The notes under the pieces: generated by a model
Told to the model about the DNA's origin: nothing
Databases searched by the model: none
Seen by the model: the letters and a program-made list of their open reading frames with translations, nothing else
Made by a program: the position numbers and the translations under genes
In this document: one piece after another, positions 48,481 to 61,500 of the stretch
Position numbering within the stretch: the stretch's first letter is position 1
Layout of the letters: every line of letters starts with the position of its first letter
Origin: Isurus oxyrinchus
Lineage: Eukaryota
Length of the DNA: 64,000 bases
Assembly: GCA_026770705.1 (NCBI GenBank)
Contig: JANJGN010000034.1
Span: 15,748,001 to 15,812,000, forward strand
Reading direction: 5' to 3'

Positions 48481-49366
48481 GGATCCCTTTACCCCACCCC
48501 ACCCCAAAAGGGCCATCTGTCACTTGCTTATCCTGCTTTCTACCATTAATGTCACCATTAGCACATCCTTTAGCTAATATCACTGCCGTCAACACCCCTT
48601 TGTTTATTACATCTTTGGCAATCTCTCCTTTGCCTCCACTTATCACTGGCCCTCTGTCCAGCTCCACCTGTCCCACCCCCCCTTAAACAGCTTATATTTC
48701 ACCACATTTCTATTCCTCTTTAGTTCTGATGTAGAGTCCAACGGACTCAAAACATTAACTCTGTCTTCCCTTCCACAGATGCTGTCAGACCTGCTGAGTT
48801 TTTGCAGCAATTTTTGTTTCAGATTTCCAGCATCCGCGGTATTTTGTTTTTATTTTATGGAATTTATAGCTATGTTTCTGAGCCCCACCTTCCTGTCCCT
48901 CAGATGCAAAACTCTGAGGATTCCTGCTTCGCACTAGTATTAGTGTGTCTGGAATTCTGTGTGGAAATTATAACCGAACACTCCTGTTGGGGAATTGACG
49001 GGATTGGGTGTAACGCTGGTTGAAGTCAGTGGAAAGTAATATTGACCCAGGTGTAAACAGACATTCCACCCAATCCTGTGGAAAAAGGGAATTTTAAAAA
49101 CATTTTGAGATTTTCTTTATGCCAAGTGTGAGAATGAGATGTTTCCATTTAAAAAGAATGGCAAGAATTGTTCTCGCTGCGCAGGGAACTTGTCATTATA
49201 AATAGTATATTTCTGAGCTTTAACCTGCCCACAGAAATGAAAGCAGTGAGTTACTGATCAGTGCTTCTTGCAAATCGAGCATCTCGATGTACCCACGTGA
49301 AGCCTCGTCTGTAATGTACAATCAGGGAGGTTATATCTGTGGATAAATACTTTCAATCTTTCCCTG

Positions 49367-49699
49367 GTGACTCGTCTGTGTCAATTTCTGGGTTCCTTTG
49401 GGAGCAGCTTGTGCTGCCTTGCACCTACAAAGGGAATGTCCCAGTCTCCGATTTACTGGTATCCTGGGGGGTGTCTGAGTGTGAAATTTGTCAATGGGAA
49501 TGGGAAGTGACAGGACAAGACCCACAGTTCAGAAACAGAACAAACCTGTTCACTAATCAACTGGAATAAGGCAACAGGTCAGTTCTAATCTCTGACCTCA
49601 GGAAGTCAGACCAGAACCAGGATCGATGTCAGATTTACAAGAGAACAGGTGCAGGGTTACACTGGGAGCACACTGATCACATCCATCTCTCTGTAAGAG
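49367..49699 (+). pseudogene. Second IgV pseudo-exon (V2) in the G3 intron
   Basis: Acceptor mutated (tccctg|GT for ttccag|GT), locally disturbed frame, TAA at 49567-49569. Donor AGA G|gtgag retained. Confidence 0.88.
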
Positions 49700-50789
49700 G
49701 TGAGAAGTTTCTGTTTCAGGTGTCCTGTATTTAATCTCTGAGTTATGGGTTTGGTAGTGCAGTGATTATGTTACTAGACTAGAAATCCGGACGCCTGGAC
49801 TAATCACCCACACAATGTGAATTCAGACCCACGATGGCATTTTAATTAATTAACTGAATTTAAATTTAAAATCTGGGAAATATAAAGTTGGTGCCAATAA
49901 AAGTGACCCTGAAGCTGTTGGATTATTGTAAAACCCCAACTGGTTCACAAATGTCCCTTTAGTGAAGGAAACCTGCCGTCCTTAACCAGTCTGGTCTCTG
50001 TAACTCCAGTCCCACATTAACCTGGTTGACTTTTAACTGTCCTCTGACTTACTTGGCCACTTCATTCAGTTTGTATCAAACAGTGAAACAGAAAAAACGG
50101 AACGAAACTGAACGGATCACTGGTTGAGACCCAGGTATCGAATCAGGAAACACAAAGACACACCCAGCCCAGTCAGCTCTGCAATGTTCCTTCACTAACA
50201 TCTGGGGACTTGTGTCCAAGTTGGGAGAGCTGTGTGACATAGTCATACTCTCAGAATCAGCCCTACATCTCAGACTCCTCTATCACCATCCCTGGGCATG
50301 TCCTGTCCCACCAGCAGGACAGACCCAACAGAGGTGTGGGCACAGTGATATACAGTCGGGAGAGAGTGACCCGGGGAATCGTCAACATTGAATTCAGTGG
50401 AGAATCATATTGATCTGGGTACAAATAGGTGACCTATCCAACCTCATTGCATTCCCAGCCAAAAATGTTATTTTTTAAATTGCCCCTCTCTCTCTTTCAG
50501 CAGGTTGTTAGCTTTAATTGAAGGGGGGCTGCCGCTGGTCAGTGCCCAGTTATCTCGATTGGAAAGCGTGTATCGATCACAGTGTGGTACAGTGTGTGCG
50601 TGCACGGAGCTGTGGGGTGGCCTGGTGTGTGTGATTATTGTTATCTGACCTCCCACATCCCTCCAGGACTAGAATTAACCAGGGATCTGTTTGTACTGGG
50701 GTTGATTCTGAAACAGTCAGTGCTGAAGGTCTCTGCTGTTAGTTATGTAAGTGTGTCCCAGTCTGTTAATGTCTTCATTCTGTCTCTAG

Positions 50790-50913
50790 GTCCTGTACTT
50801 TGTACAGGAGCACGGCCTGGATTTGGAATTGGAGTTGGAGTTGCTGTTGGTTTTTTTGCTGGAGTTTTGCTTTCTGGATTTGTGGTTTGTGTATTCCAAA
50901 GGCGACAAAAATG
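50790..50913 (+). CDS. G3 transmembrane exon (GPVLCTGARPGFGIGVGVAVGFFAGVLLSGFVVCVFQRRQK)
   Basis: tctctag|GT...AAA TG|gtgagt. Confidence 0.85.
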
Positions 50914-52044
50914 GTGAGTTCTAGAATGTTTCATTGTTTCCATTTTAATCCTGTTTTTGTTTTATAATGTTTTCTTAAATGTTGCTGACATCTAAATCTG
51001 TCCATTTACTGAGCTGTGAGAATGCTTCAATCCACCCTATCATTGAGCAGCATTATCCAATCACTTCCAGCTTGTCATCCTGTAGCTGCTGAACATTCCC
51101 CATGGATTGAAAAGGAACAAACATTATCCCTCTGGGGGAACCAGTGGATGAGGAATATATTTGGAATATCAGAAGGAATTTGATCAGGTGCCACACAACA
51201 GGCTGTTCCACAAGATTAGGCCTCACAATGTAACTGGTGCTGAATCATCAGATATTCACAGTCTAGATCAATGACTGAGGTGAGGGGATAGAGTGTAATA
51301 TGTCCAATTTTGCTGATGATACAAAGCTCAATGGGAAAGTAAACTGGGGAGGATACAAAGAGGCTGCAAAGAGATATAGGCCGGTGAAGTAATTGGGCAA
51401 AAATGGAGGCAGATGGAGTATAATGTGGAAATTGTGAACATTTGGAAAATGGAAAAGTAGAATATATTTTCAAGGCAGGACATCGGTTAAAGACATTTGG
51501 AGTGATTTATACACAAATCACCAAGTTAACATGCGGATGATTTGGAAGGTAAATAGGAGGTTAGCCTTTATTGCAAGTGTTTGGAGTAGAAGAGTGAGGA
51601 AGATTCACTGCAGTTTATATGGGGCATGGATTGGACCAAAGCCGGGAGAACTGTGTATAGTTTGGTCTGCTTCTCCTAGGCAGGTTATGTGTGACTTGAG
51701 GGAGTGATGGAGTGATAAGGGAGTGTAACAAAGGTTCAGTACGCTCAATCCTGGGTTCACTGGGCTGACCGACAAGGAGAGAATAAGTAAAATGGATCTG
51801 CTTTCTCTGAAGTTCAAAAAGAGAATGATCACCATGAAACATAATATTCTGTCTTGACAGGGTTGATGTTGAAAGGCTATTTCCACCTGGCTGTTTGGAA
51901 TTCTGTACAGCAGACATTTGTGGATATTCCATTGTCAGTGGCAGATTTACTGTTAGTGCGACCCTGTGCTTCAGTTTTGGCTCCCAGCCTATCCCTGGAC
52001 ACAACCCAAAACTACAGGGCACTGGTTACTGATCTTTTTCACAG

Positions 52045-52210
52045 TCAGTTAGCTAGCATCTGGAGAGGACGGGGAAACTGCCTGGAGATTTTGTGTCCCG
52101 GGCGGAGGTTGGATCCGATCGCTTCAGCAGGAGGGCTCAGAGAGCTGCGGACTTGGGTACAGGTGCCCGGTGAGCTGCGGACTTGGGTACTGGAGCTCAG
52201 CGAGCTCTAG
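52045..52210 (+). other. G3 candidate cytoplasmic exon, cut short by CAG>TAG at 52208-52210 (or spliced at CCG|gtgagc, 52169)
   Basis: Same acceptor as arm A 6181. Frame QLASIWRGRGNCLEILCPGRR...ELSEL*. Confidence 0.4.
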
Positions 52211-52505
52211 ACTCGGGTACCGGTGCTCAGCGAGCTCCAGACTCGGGTACCGGTGCTCGGCGAGCTCCAGACTCGGGTACCGGTGCTCGGCGAGCTCCAG
52301 ACTCGGGTACCGGTGCTCGGCGAGCTCCAGACTCGGGTCCCGGTGCTCGGCGAGCTCCAGACTCGGGTCCCGGTGCTCGGCGAGCTCCAGACTCGGGTCC
52401 CGGTGCTCGGCGAGCTCCAGCCTCGGGTCCCGGTGCTCGGCGAGCTCCAGCCTCGGGTCCCGGTGCTCGGCGAGCTCCAGCCTCGGGTCCCGGTGCTCGG
52501 CGAGC
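52142..52505. repeat. 30-bp minisatellite, arm B copy (about 12 units, ctcggcgagctccagactcgggtaccggtg variants)
   Basis: Directly visible. Confidence 0.97.
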
Positions 52506-55500
52506 GGATGAGGAATATATTTGGAATTTCAGAAGGAATTTGATCAGGTGCCACACAACAGGCTGTTCCACAAGATTAAGGCTCACAATGTAACTGGTGC
52601 TGAATCATCAGTTATTCACAATCTAGATCAATAACTTAGGTGAGGGGATAGAGTGTAATATGTCCAATTTTGCTGATGATACAAAGCTCAATGGGAAAGT
52701 AAACTGCGGAGGATACAAAGAGGCTGCAAAGAGATATAGGCCGGTGAAGGAATTGGGCTATATAAATGCAAGTTGTTGCTGTTCAGTCTCCTCCTACACT
52801 TTTCAAATCACCGCCCTTTAACCCGGATATTTGATGATTTAGTCACTGGGAAGGCCATCTTGGATTCCCTTGTTTCACTCAATATCCACATCTCCATGTT
52901 CACCGCCTGTCCCCATATACACCCCTCGCAGTGGGAGGAGGGATGATTGCAGGATTTCTAACTCTATCCACTGACCCTTCCTCTGTCGGTCAGCACAGCT
53001 CCTGTGGAGTGTCCACCTCTTGCCCATTGCCTCCCCTGTGAGCCTGCTCTCCTCTACAGTCTGTGCTCCATCACCATGCGGCTCCTGTGACCTATTTTCC
53101 AGCTGCTATTGGTGCCCAGGATGTTGAATGTAATTTAATTGGTCTGTGCTCCTGAACGGCTCCTTTACACACTTGTCCAAAGTGTTGGATTCTTTTAATG
53201 TCACCTGAACTCTGCTGGTTTTTCTCTCCTGGGAAACAAAGTAGACACCATATCAATCAAAATGAAGCATCTTACATTGTCGCAGAGGTGACCTGTTGGG
53301 GTGACGCACGGGGCCTTGTGACAACAGCACCTGAGCAGCAGGATGGAGCGGCTGGAGAAGAAAACCTTCAGGGGATCAGGTCTGTCCAGCACGAACTGAG
53401 TTTCCCCTGCACTGAGCCTGAGTCAGGGAGGGGAAAATCAGCCCAGTATTGTGGTTATCTAGTGATTGCTGGTGTAAAGGCTGAGCTCAGGATTGGGATC
53501 AACAATCACTTCCCACTTTGCGCAAACCGTCCTGACCAGCACAATCTCAGGAGGGAATCTCCCAGTGGAAGTATTCTCCATTTACTAGAAAAGCTCTCCA
53601 AGTATTTTATTCTCTGCATTATCTCTCTGCATTCCTGTTACAGACTGTGTCTAAACCTAGTCTCAGGAACGTACAGGACCATCTTTAGCTGTGTAACCCA
53701 TTGATCACTCCCTGTGTGAGATGGTAACTTCCTATTGATGAGTGAGTGGGAACATCAGGTAATTTGTGAAGAGTTTATTCACTTGTTCTCAGTGTGGGTG
53801 ATGCTGCCAGGGTCCCATTTATTGTCCATCTCAATTTTAAACACTGCAGCCCTTGTAGTGATGCTGCTTCCACAGTGTTGAACATGGGAAGAGGCTTCAG
53901 AAACTCCCTCTGGGCAAAAGCCAGCAACGACATTATTGTCAGCAAGTGTTTTACAGCCAGAATTCAGATTGTAGATAGTTTACAGATTGAAACTGTTTCT
54001 TGCCAGAAATGATGCAGATACATTTGGTATATTTGAATCTTGCCTTTTTTAAATGCAGCTTTTATTCCAAACAGTGATTGATCATATTTGACAAAGGATG
54101 TCTAGAATTTCTAATCTAAATATTTTTGTATGTGTCTATACATTTCTGTCAGGTATTTTTCTTACTTTTCTACATGTCATTTTTGATCCAAGGTCTAATT
54201 AAAGATAGACCGATGCTGAAATGAATGGATCTAAAGTCTGATGTTTAATGACTCTGGTAGTCACTGCCTGAACAGAGGTCATGCTGTCTGCAGTCAGTAA
54301 ATCTCCCGATGTGAGATGTGAATGAGATTGGCTGAAGACTGGTATCTGTGATTGTGGGAACTTCCGTAGGCCAGGAATGATCATGCAGTCAGCCTTTCTG
54401 GTGATTGGGCATTAGGGGACGGGGAGGGAGGGAGTGTGTGATCTCCCTTCACCTTTCCTGGGGTGGAAATGGTTTTGGCATGAACAAACAGAGCAATTCA
54501 ACTTCTTCAGGGGTGGAGACCCTTACACAGACACGGAGAGAAAATACAGGAACGTGGAAATAGTATTCACACATCACAATAGCAACTGAATAATGACAGG
54601 AGTCCAGACTTGTTCCTGAATCTCGTCATGAACAAGTTGTATTTTATAATGCTAAAGGTGTTTTATAAATGTCCCAAGGTGCTTCACAGAGCATTATAAA
54701 AGAGAATTTGATACCAAACCACATCTAGAGAAATTAGGTCAGAGGATGAAAATGAGATCAGTTTTCCAGAGCTTGGGGCCCAGACAACTGAATTGCAGAC
54801 ACCTTTTAAGGAAAAATTCTCTTTTAATATAAATGTGGTTACATTGCAGCCCCCAAAAACACAAATTCTCTTTGGCTGCCAGTTTCTCTTCCTACCTCCA
54901 TCCTTCTCCACCTGGCTGAACTTGTTCTCACCTTTACCTCCGCTCACTCACTTTACATCAAAGGTGTGAGCTATGAGCACCCACATGGACACTAGCTCTG
55001 CCGGCCTTTTAGTAGGATATGTGGAACTTTCCTTGGTCCAGTCCTACTCTGGCCCCATCCCCCACCTCTTTTACTGCTACGTTGATGACGATGACTGAAT
55101 TGGTGCTGCTTTAGACTCTCAGCCTGAACTGGAAAATTTCTTCAACTCTGCTTTCATTTTCCACCCTTTCCTCACCTTCATACAGTCCATTTCCAACTCT
55201 TGCTTTCCTCAAATTCTCTGTCACCATTTCTGGGGATCTCCTGTCAAAGAATATTCACTAGAATCCCACCCAATCCCACAGTTACCTCGACGATACTTCT
55301 CACAAGTTTCTACCGCTTGGTAACATCGGTTCTGATCGTACAACTGATCTTTTTCCTTAACCAATTCCCCAACACTGTGGTTAACAAGACCCCCATCCCA
55401 TTTCCTGCACTTATGCTCTCACCCGTCTGACCCCCCACCCCCGAAGACCATGTTAGGAGTCCCCTTGTCCTCACCTTCTACCCCACCAGCCTGGAGTGGG

Positions 55501-56524
55501 GTTTAAACCCACAGCCTTCAGACTCTGAGTGAGAGTGTTACCCACTGAGTCATGGCTGACATGTGGATACCTGTCACCCTCTGTTAGCCCCACATAAACA
55601 TCCATCCTTCATCTGTCAGAGTTTTGACAGAGGGGATTTAATTTCACAAGGTTTAATCCTCAATGTGGATCCTCACTCAGGGTAAGTGAGGGTTGGAACA
55701 TTTGACCAGCTGTGTTGTAGCCCTTTCTCTGTGACTACATTCACTGTGTAGGAAGACTCGCTGCTGGGAGCAGAGCCTTGTTAGACAACTCCTTTAGATT
55801 CAGCAGTTTATCTAACATTGCATCGAAGCCTGATCCTGATGTCCAGCAGGAGTTTCCAGACAGGGACCAGGACAGGAATGTCAACAAGTCATTCCCCTCT
55901 CTCACTCTGAGCACTGAGATCAATATTAGCTGCTGCTCTGGCTGAGGCATCTTTTCCCTCTGGGGTCCAGATGGTCCTTTAGTCAGATCCACGTGAGGGG
56001 ATATTAGAGGAAAAAACATATTCAAAGGTTTAGGCAGATTCTCAAAGAAGGGAAAAGTGATGTGGGGAGGTTTAATCTGGCATCGCAGTGAAGCTGGTGT
56101 TGGCCTGAATTTCATGCTCCACTCTCTGGAGCGGCTCTGTGAACACACGACCTTCAGACTCAGAGCTACCCACTGAACCGCAGGATAGTTGGGATGCTGG
56201 GGGAGGTTTCAGTCCCTCACACCGTCGGGTCTTGACTACACACTGTAAGTGACAAGGGAATAGGCAAGATTGTCCATCCCACACTGGGAACATCCATTCC
56301 AAACACATCAGAAATAGGAGCAGGAGGAGGCCATTCATCCCCTCAAAACTTGCCCCCTCAATAAGATCGTGCCTGATCTTCTCCATCAACTCCACTTTCC
56401 ATCTGATCATCATATCCCTTTGAGTCAAAACCTCTCAGCCTTGAATGTATAGACTGGGTTTCACATCTACTGGGAACAATTCAGGACAGCATTGATCCAG
56501 TGCTGAGTGTCTGTATTAAAGTCC

Positions 56525-57205
56525 GACAATGACTGAGTGGGGAACACTCTCACGTCTGAATCCCATTCCAGAGACATGAGCCCCAGATCCAGTCTAACAT
56601 TTCCAGTGCAATACTGAGGGAGTACTGCATTTTCTGACTGTCAGTACTGAGGGGGAACTGCACTGTCAGAGGATCAGTATTGAGGGGACACTGTACTGTC
56701 GGAGGGTCAGTACTAAGGGAATGCTGCATTGTCGGAGGGTCAGTACTGAGGGAATGCTGCATTGTCGGAGGGTCAGTACTGAGCGAGTGCCGCATTGTCG
56801 GAGGGTCTACAGATTGGGAGACCCACACTGTTGGTTATGCTGTTGTTTGGATGAAACATTAAACCGAAGCCTGTCTGCTCTCTCAGAGAAATGAGAAAAA
56901 TCCCATGGCCACTATTTAGAAGTTAAGCAGGGCGAGTTTTCCCGAAGACCTGAGCCCAATATTTATCCCTGAACCCACATCATTAAAAACAGGTGAGATC
57001 TGCTTTTGTCCTGAGCCAGCATTTGTGGGAGTTAACTGTGCGCAAATTAATTGCCGCATTTCATGCATTACCATGGTTCAAAAAGACTTCACTTCACAGT
57101 TAGCACATTATCTTATTGTAAGTAGTTAAGTATTTTGTTGATTATAAATCACTTTGGGACATCCTGTGGCCACGAAAGGTGCTATATCAATGCAAGTCTT
57201 GTTAT
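56525..57205 (+). mobile_element. DeuSINE with internal 33-bp units
   Basis: Mirror of 1068-1740. Confidence 0.75.
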
Positions 57206-57257
57206 CAAAAATGCTCAAATATCCCTGCAATACTGAACTCAGTAGTGCCATCATGTG

Positions 57258-57700
57258 ACTGAACCCCTTTAATACAGGAACCAGACTCTGGGTTTATTCT
57301 CACTGAACTCCTTTAATACAGTAACCAGACTCTGGGTTTATCTGACTGAACCCCTTTAATACAGGAACCAGACTCTGGGTTTATCTGACTGAACCCCTTT
57401 AATACAGGAACCAGACTCTGGGTTTATCTGACTGAACCCCTATAATACAGGAACCAGACTCTGGGTTTATCTGACTGAACCCCTTTAATACAGGAACCAG
57501 ACTCTGGGTTTATTCTCACTGGACCCCTTTAATACAGGAACCAAACTCTGGGTTTATCTGACTGAACCCCTTTAATACAGGAACCAGACTGTGGGTTTAT
57601 TCTCGCTGAACCCCTTTAATACAGAAACCATACTCTGCGTTTATCTGACTGAACCCCTTTAATACAGGAACCAGACTCTAAGTTTATTCTCACTGAACTC
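57258..57700. repeat. 41-42-bp tandem array, about 10-11 units
   Basis: (ctgaacccctttaatacaggaaccagactctgggtttatctga)n. Confidence 0.95.
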
Positions 57701-58108
57701 TCTGTTTTTACCTGTTTGTGTTTTATCCACCCGCTCTTGGCTGCTACAGGAGGGAGTGTTCAGTCCGGAGTCACTGTGGGATTGTTTATTTGGTATATAA
57801 TTTAGCCGAAAGCCACATATCTCTGGCTGCTCGGATATTTCAGTCTTTGCTGCAGTTTTCTCACTGCAGAGGGTGTTTTTCCTGGTTTATTCAGTGGAGC
57901 GGGTGCGCCCAGAAAGAGAGAATGAGACAAACGAGTTGTTATGAGGTTAAGGGAGAGACTGAGCAGCCGGTAGTTTTCGGCTATGTCAATTGAGATACTG
58001 CGGGTCTGTTGGTGAATAAAAAGCCAGTTTCCTCTATCGGATCGCTGCAGATTTCTGAAATAGTGAAAGGATCGACTTTTACCTTTAACCCTGTATTGGC
58101 CGGAATGG

Positions 58109-58126
58109 ATGGAAAAGGAGCTGCAG
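58109..58126 (+). CDS. G4 candidate first micro-exon MEKELQ
   Basis: ATG GAA AAG GAG CTG CAG|gtaaaa, followed by a 110-nt intron to the leader exon. Confidence 0.55.
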
Positions 58127-58236
58127 GTAAAAAGGGGTGGGGATCAAACCCACGCATGCGCTTCGCCCGACCCAGCCCAGTCATCAACCAGAAGTGAATC
58201 TGTTGTAAAGGGTGTAACTGTGGTTTCTTGTTGCAG

Positions 58237-58294
58237 GGACACAACTTACAGAAACTACTCCTGCTGCTGCTCAGTGTTGTTGCTGCTGTTTCAG
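58237..58294 (+). CDS. G4 leader exon (GHNLQKLLLLLLSVVAAVS)
   Basis: Canonical AG/GT. Phase 0 to 1, joining the V exon at 63060 as G|GT (Gly). Confidence 0.85.
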
Positions 58295-58564
58295 GTAAGT
58301 GCTGTGACTGCTGGAACATTTCAGCAGTGATCAAAGGGAGGGGGGAATCAGGAATTCATCTTGCTTTCAGGAGCTGTGTACTGCTGTGCACTGCAAGTGG
58401 TGCCATTGAGGGAGTGGACACAGTAGCTTCACATTACACATCATGATCCTGAGAACTGAAAGGGAGGCAGTTAATGTCTTTAGATTAACCCCTGTGATGT
58501 GAACAGTGGGACACTGAGCAACACTCGGTGACACTGGGATGGGTGACTGGGACCCAGTGACTCA

Positions 58565-61500
58565 GTCTGATATTGCTGTTACAGACAAATGGTTGCAAGG
58601 TGACCATGCCAGGACTTGAATATTGCAGTGTATTTGAACATTTCTGAAGATCTGGAAGAAAGGAGAATAAGGTGGGGTGGCTCTGTTAATCAAGGATAAA
58701 ACCAGTACAATAATGAGAAATAATCTTGGTCTGGAGAATCAAAATGCAGAATCAGCCTGGAGATGAGAAGAAGCAAAAGAAGGAAGTTACTGGTGGGACA
58801 AGTTTATAGGCCCCCTGACAGTAGCTATACTGTAGGACAGAGTATAAATAAATAAAATGGGGGAGGGGAGTTACTTGTTAAAAAAAAAGAACTGTAATAA
58901 TTATGAGAGATGTTAATCTTCATTTGGATTGGACAAATTAAATTGGCAAAGCTAGCCTGGAGAATGGGTCCATAGAGTTTATTTGGGACAGCTTCTTAGA
59001 AACATACATTCTGGAGCCAACCAGGGAATGTACTACTTTAGACCTGGTATTGTGCAATGAGACAGGACTAATAACTGACCTCATATCAGGGATCCTCTAG
59101 GGAAGAATGATCATGATAGAATTTCACATTCGGTTTGAGGGTGAGAACTTTGGGTCTGAAACTAGTGCCTTAAAGTTAAATAAAGACTGTTACAAGGGTA
59201 CAAAGGCAGAGCTGGCTAAACTGGATTGGGAGCATAGGTTAAAATAAAGGACAGTAGAGAAGCATTGGCAGAAATTTAAGGAGATATTCAGTAACCCTCA
59301 ACAAAAATATATTCCATTAAGAAAGAGAGGGTGCACCATGTGTGGCTAACTAAGGATGAAATCAACTTGAAAGAAAAGATGTACAATGCTGCAAAGTTTA
59401 GAAATTGGCAGAAGATTGGGAAAATTTTAGAAACCAGCAAAGGATGACTAAGAAATAATAGAGACAGAAATTGGAGTATAAGAGGAAACTAGCAAAAAAT
59501 ATAGAAACAGACAGTCAAGGCTTCTACAAGTATAAAAAGAATAGTGATGATGAGCGTTGATCCCTTAGAGAGTGAGACTGAGGAATTAATGAGAAACAAG
59601 GAAATGACAGAGACATTGAACACGTTTTTTGTATTTTCACAGCAGAAGACACACAAAGCATCCCAGGAATAATAGAAAAGTAGGGAACAAAAAGGGAGAG
59701 AGGGACTTAAAAGATCACAATCACCAGAGAAAAACCAGTGGGACAATAGGCTGACAAGTCCCATGGACCTGATGGCCTGCATCCTAGGGAGTTAAAGGAA
59801 GCGGCTACAGAGATAGTGCATCCATTGGTTATAATCCACAAAAAATTTCCTAGATTCTGTAAAGGTCCCACCGGATTGGAAATTCGCAAATTTTACATTT
59901 CTGTTCAAGAAAGGAAGGAGACAGAAAACTAGAAACTATATAGGCCAGTTAGTCTAACATCTGTCATTGCCATTATCAATATCCTGGAGGGTTAGCATTG
60001 ACTAGAAACTGAACTGGACCAGCCATATAAATACCATGGCTTCAAGAGCAGGTCAGCGGCTGGGAATCCTGATGAGAGTCACTCACCTCGTTACCCTCCC
60101 CCGCCAAGCCTGCCCACCATCTACAAGTCAGGCGTACGGTGGAATAATCTCCACTTGTCTGGATGAGTGCAGTTCCAGCAACACTCAAGCAGTTTGACAC
60201 CATTCAGATCATAGCAGTCTACTTAATTGGCACCCCATCCACCAACTTCAACATCCACTATCGACTCAGTGGCAGCAGTGTGTACCATCTACAAGATGCA
60301 CTGCAGGAACTCACCAAGGCTCCTTCGACATTTCATTCAAAAACCTCAACCTCTGCCACCACCACCACCTGGATTCCATTGTTAAGGAGATAGTAGAAGG
60401 ACATTTAGAAAATCTTAACACAATTAGGTGGAGTAAACATGGTTTTGCAAAAGGTTTTGACAAATTTAGTAGAATTCTTTGAGGACATAACAAGCTGGAT
60501 GGATAAAGAGGAACCAGTTGATGTCATGTATTTCAATTCCTAGAAGGCACTCAATAAGGTGCCACATCTTCTGAAATAACATTTTATCCCCTTTTCCATC
60601 CTTTTCCCCCTCCCCCACACATCCCTCAAAAGGACCAGCTGTTACTTCTTCCATGTTGTTTTTTCACAGTGATAACCCTTGTCCTGCAATTAACACATTC
60701 TGCTGTCTGACCTTTAAGCTACTATCAGCACCTCCTTTAGTCCTTACCACTACCATTAACACTCCCTTTGTTTTTTTCGTCCATGACATCTTTGTCAATT
60801 TCTCTTTTGCTATCCCCACCTATCGCTGGCCTTCTATCCAGCTTCACCTTTTCCACCACCTTAAAACAGTATAAATTTCATCACATTTCTTACCTCTCTT
60901 TAGCTCTGAATAAGGGTCATACAGACTCGAAACTTTGACTCTATTTCTCTCTCCACAGATGCTGTCAGACCTGCTGAGTTTTTCCAGGATTTTCTGTTAT
61001 TCCTTCAGATTTCCAACATCTGCAGCATTTAGTTTTTAACCGTTTATGTTGCTGGAGATGATGTATTGGCATAGATTAAGGATTAGCAAACTAACAGAGA
61101 ACAGAACATTGTGGTAAATGGATATTTCTCAGGTCGGCAAACTATAACTAGTGCAATGCCACAGGGACCAGTGCTGGAGTCTCAGCTGCATACAACCTAT
61201 ATTATTGACTTGAATAAAGGGACTGACTGTATTGTATCTAATTTGGTGCTGGTACAGAAATGGAAAGCAAGACAAGATAAAGATGCAATGAGATACAGAC
61301 AGGTAAAGTGAGCGGGCAAAAGTTTGGCAGATGGAGCAGAATGTGGGAAATGTGAACTTGTCCACTTTGGCAGCAAGAATGGAAAAGCAGAATGTTATTT
61401 GAAACGGAGAGAGACTGCAGAATGTTACAGTAAAGAGGGATCTGGGTGTCCTTGTACATGAATCACAAAAAGGTCAGCATGCAGGCACAGCAAGTAATTA

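Larger units (their letters stand above)
31885..58353. repeat. Arm B of the inverted segmental duplication
   Basis: Collinear reverse complement of 1-26815 with scattered substitutions and arm-specific indels and insertions. Confidence 0.97.

Noticed and set aside
55654-55690. Possible micro-exon ending CAGG|gtaagt (also ~29705-29742 and the donor at 34359)
   Set aside because: Strong donors, but no coherent reading frame or partner exon could be established.
1-58353. Palindrome as a fold-back read artefact
   Set aside because: The arms have independent TSD-flanked insertions, deletions and VNTR lengths, which a chimeric read cannot produce. A haplotype mis-join is still not excluded.
58228-58446. 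TTG-initiated single-exon leader ORF
   Set aside because: TTGCAG is the splice acceptor. An upstream ATG micro-exon in matching phase is a simpler explanation.
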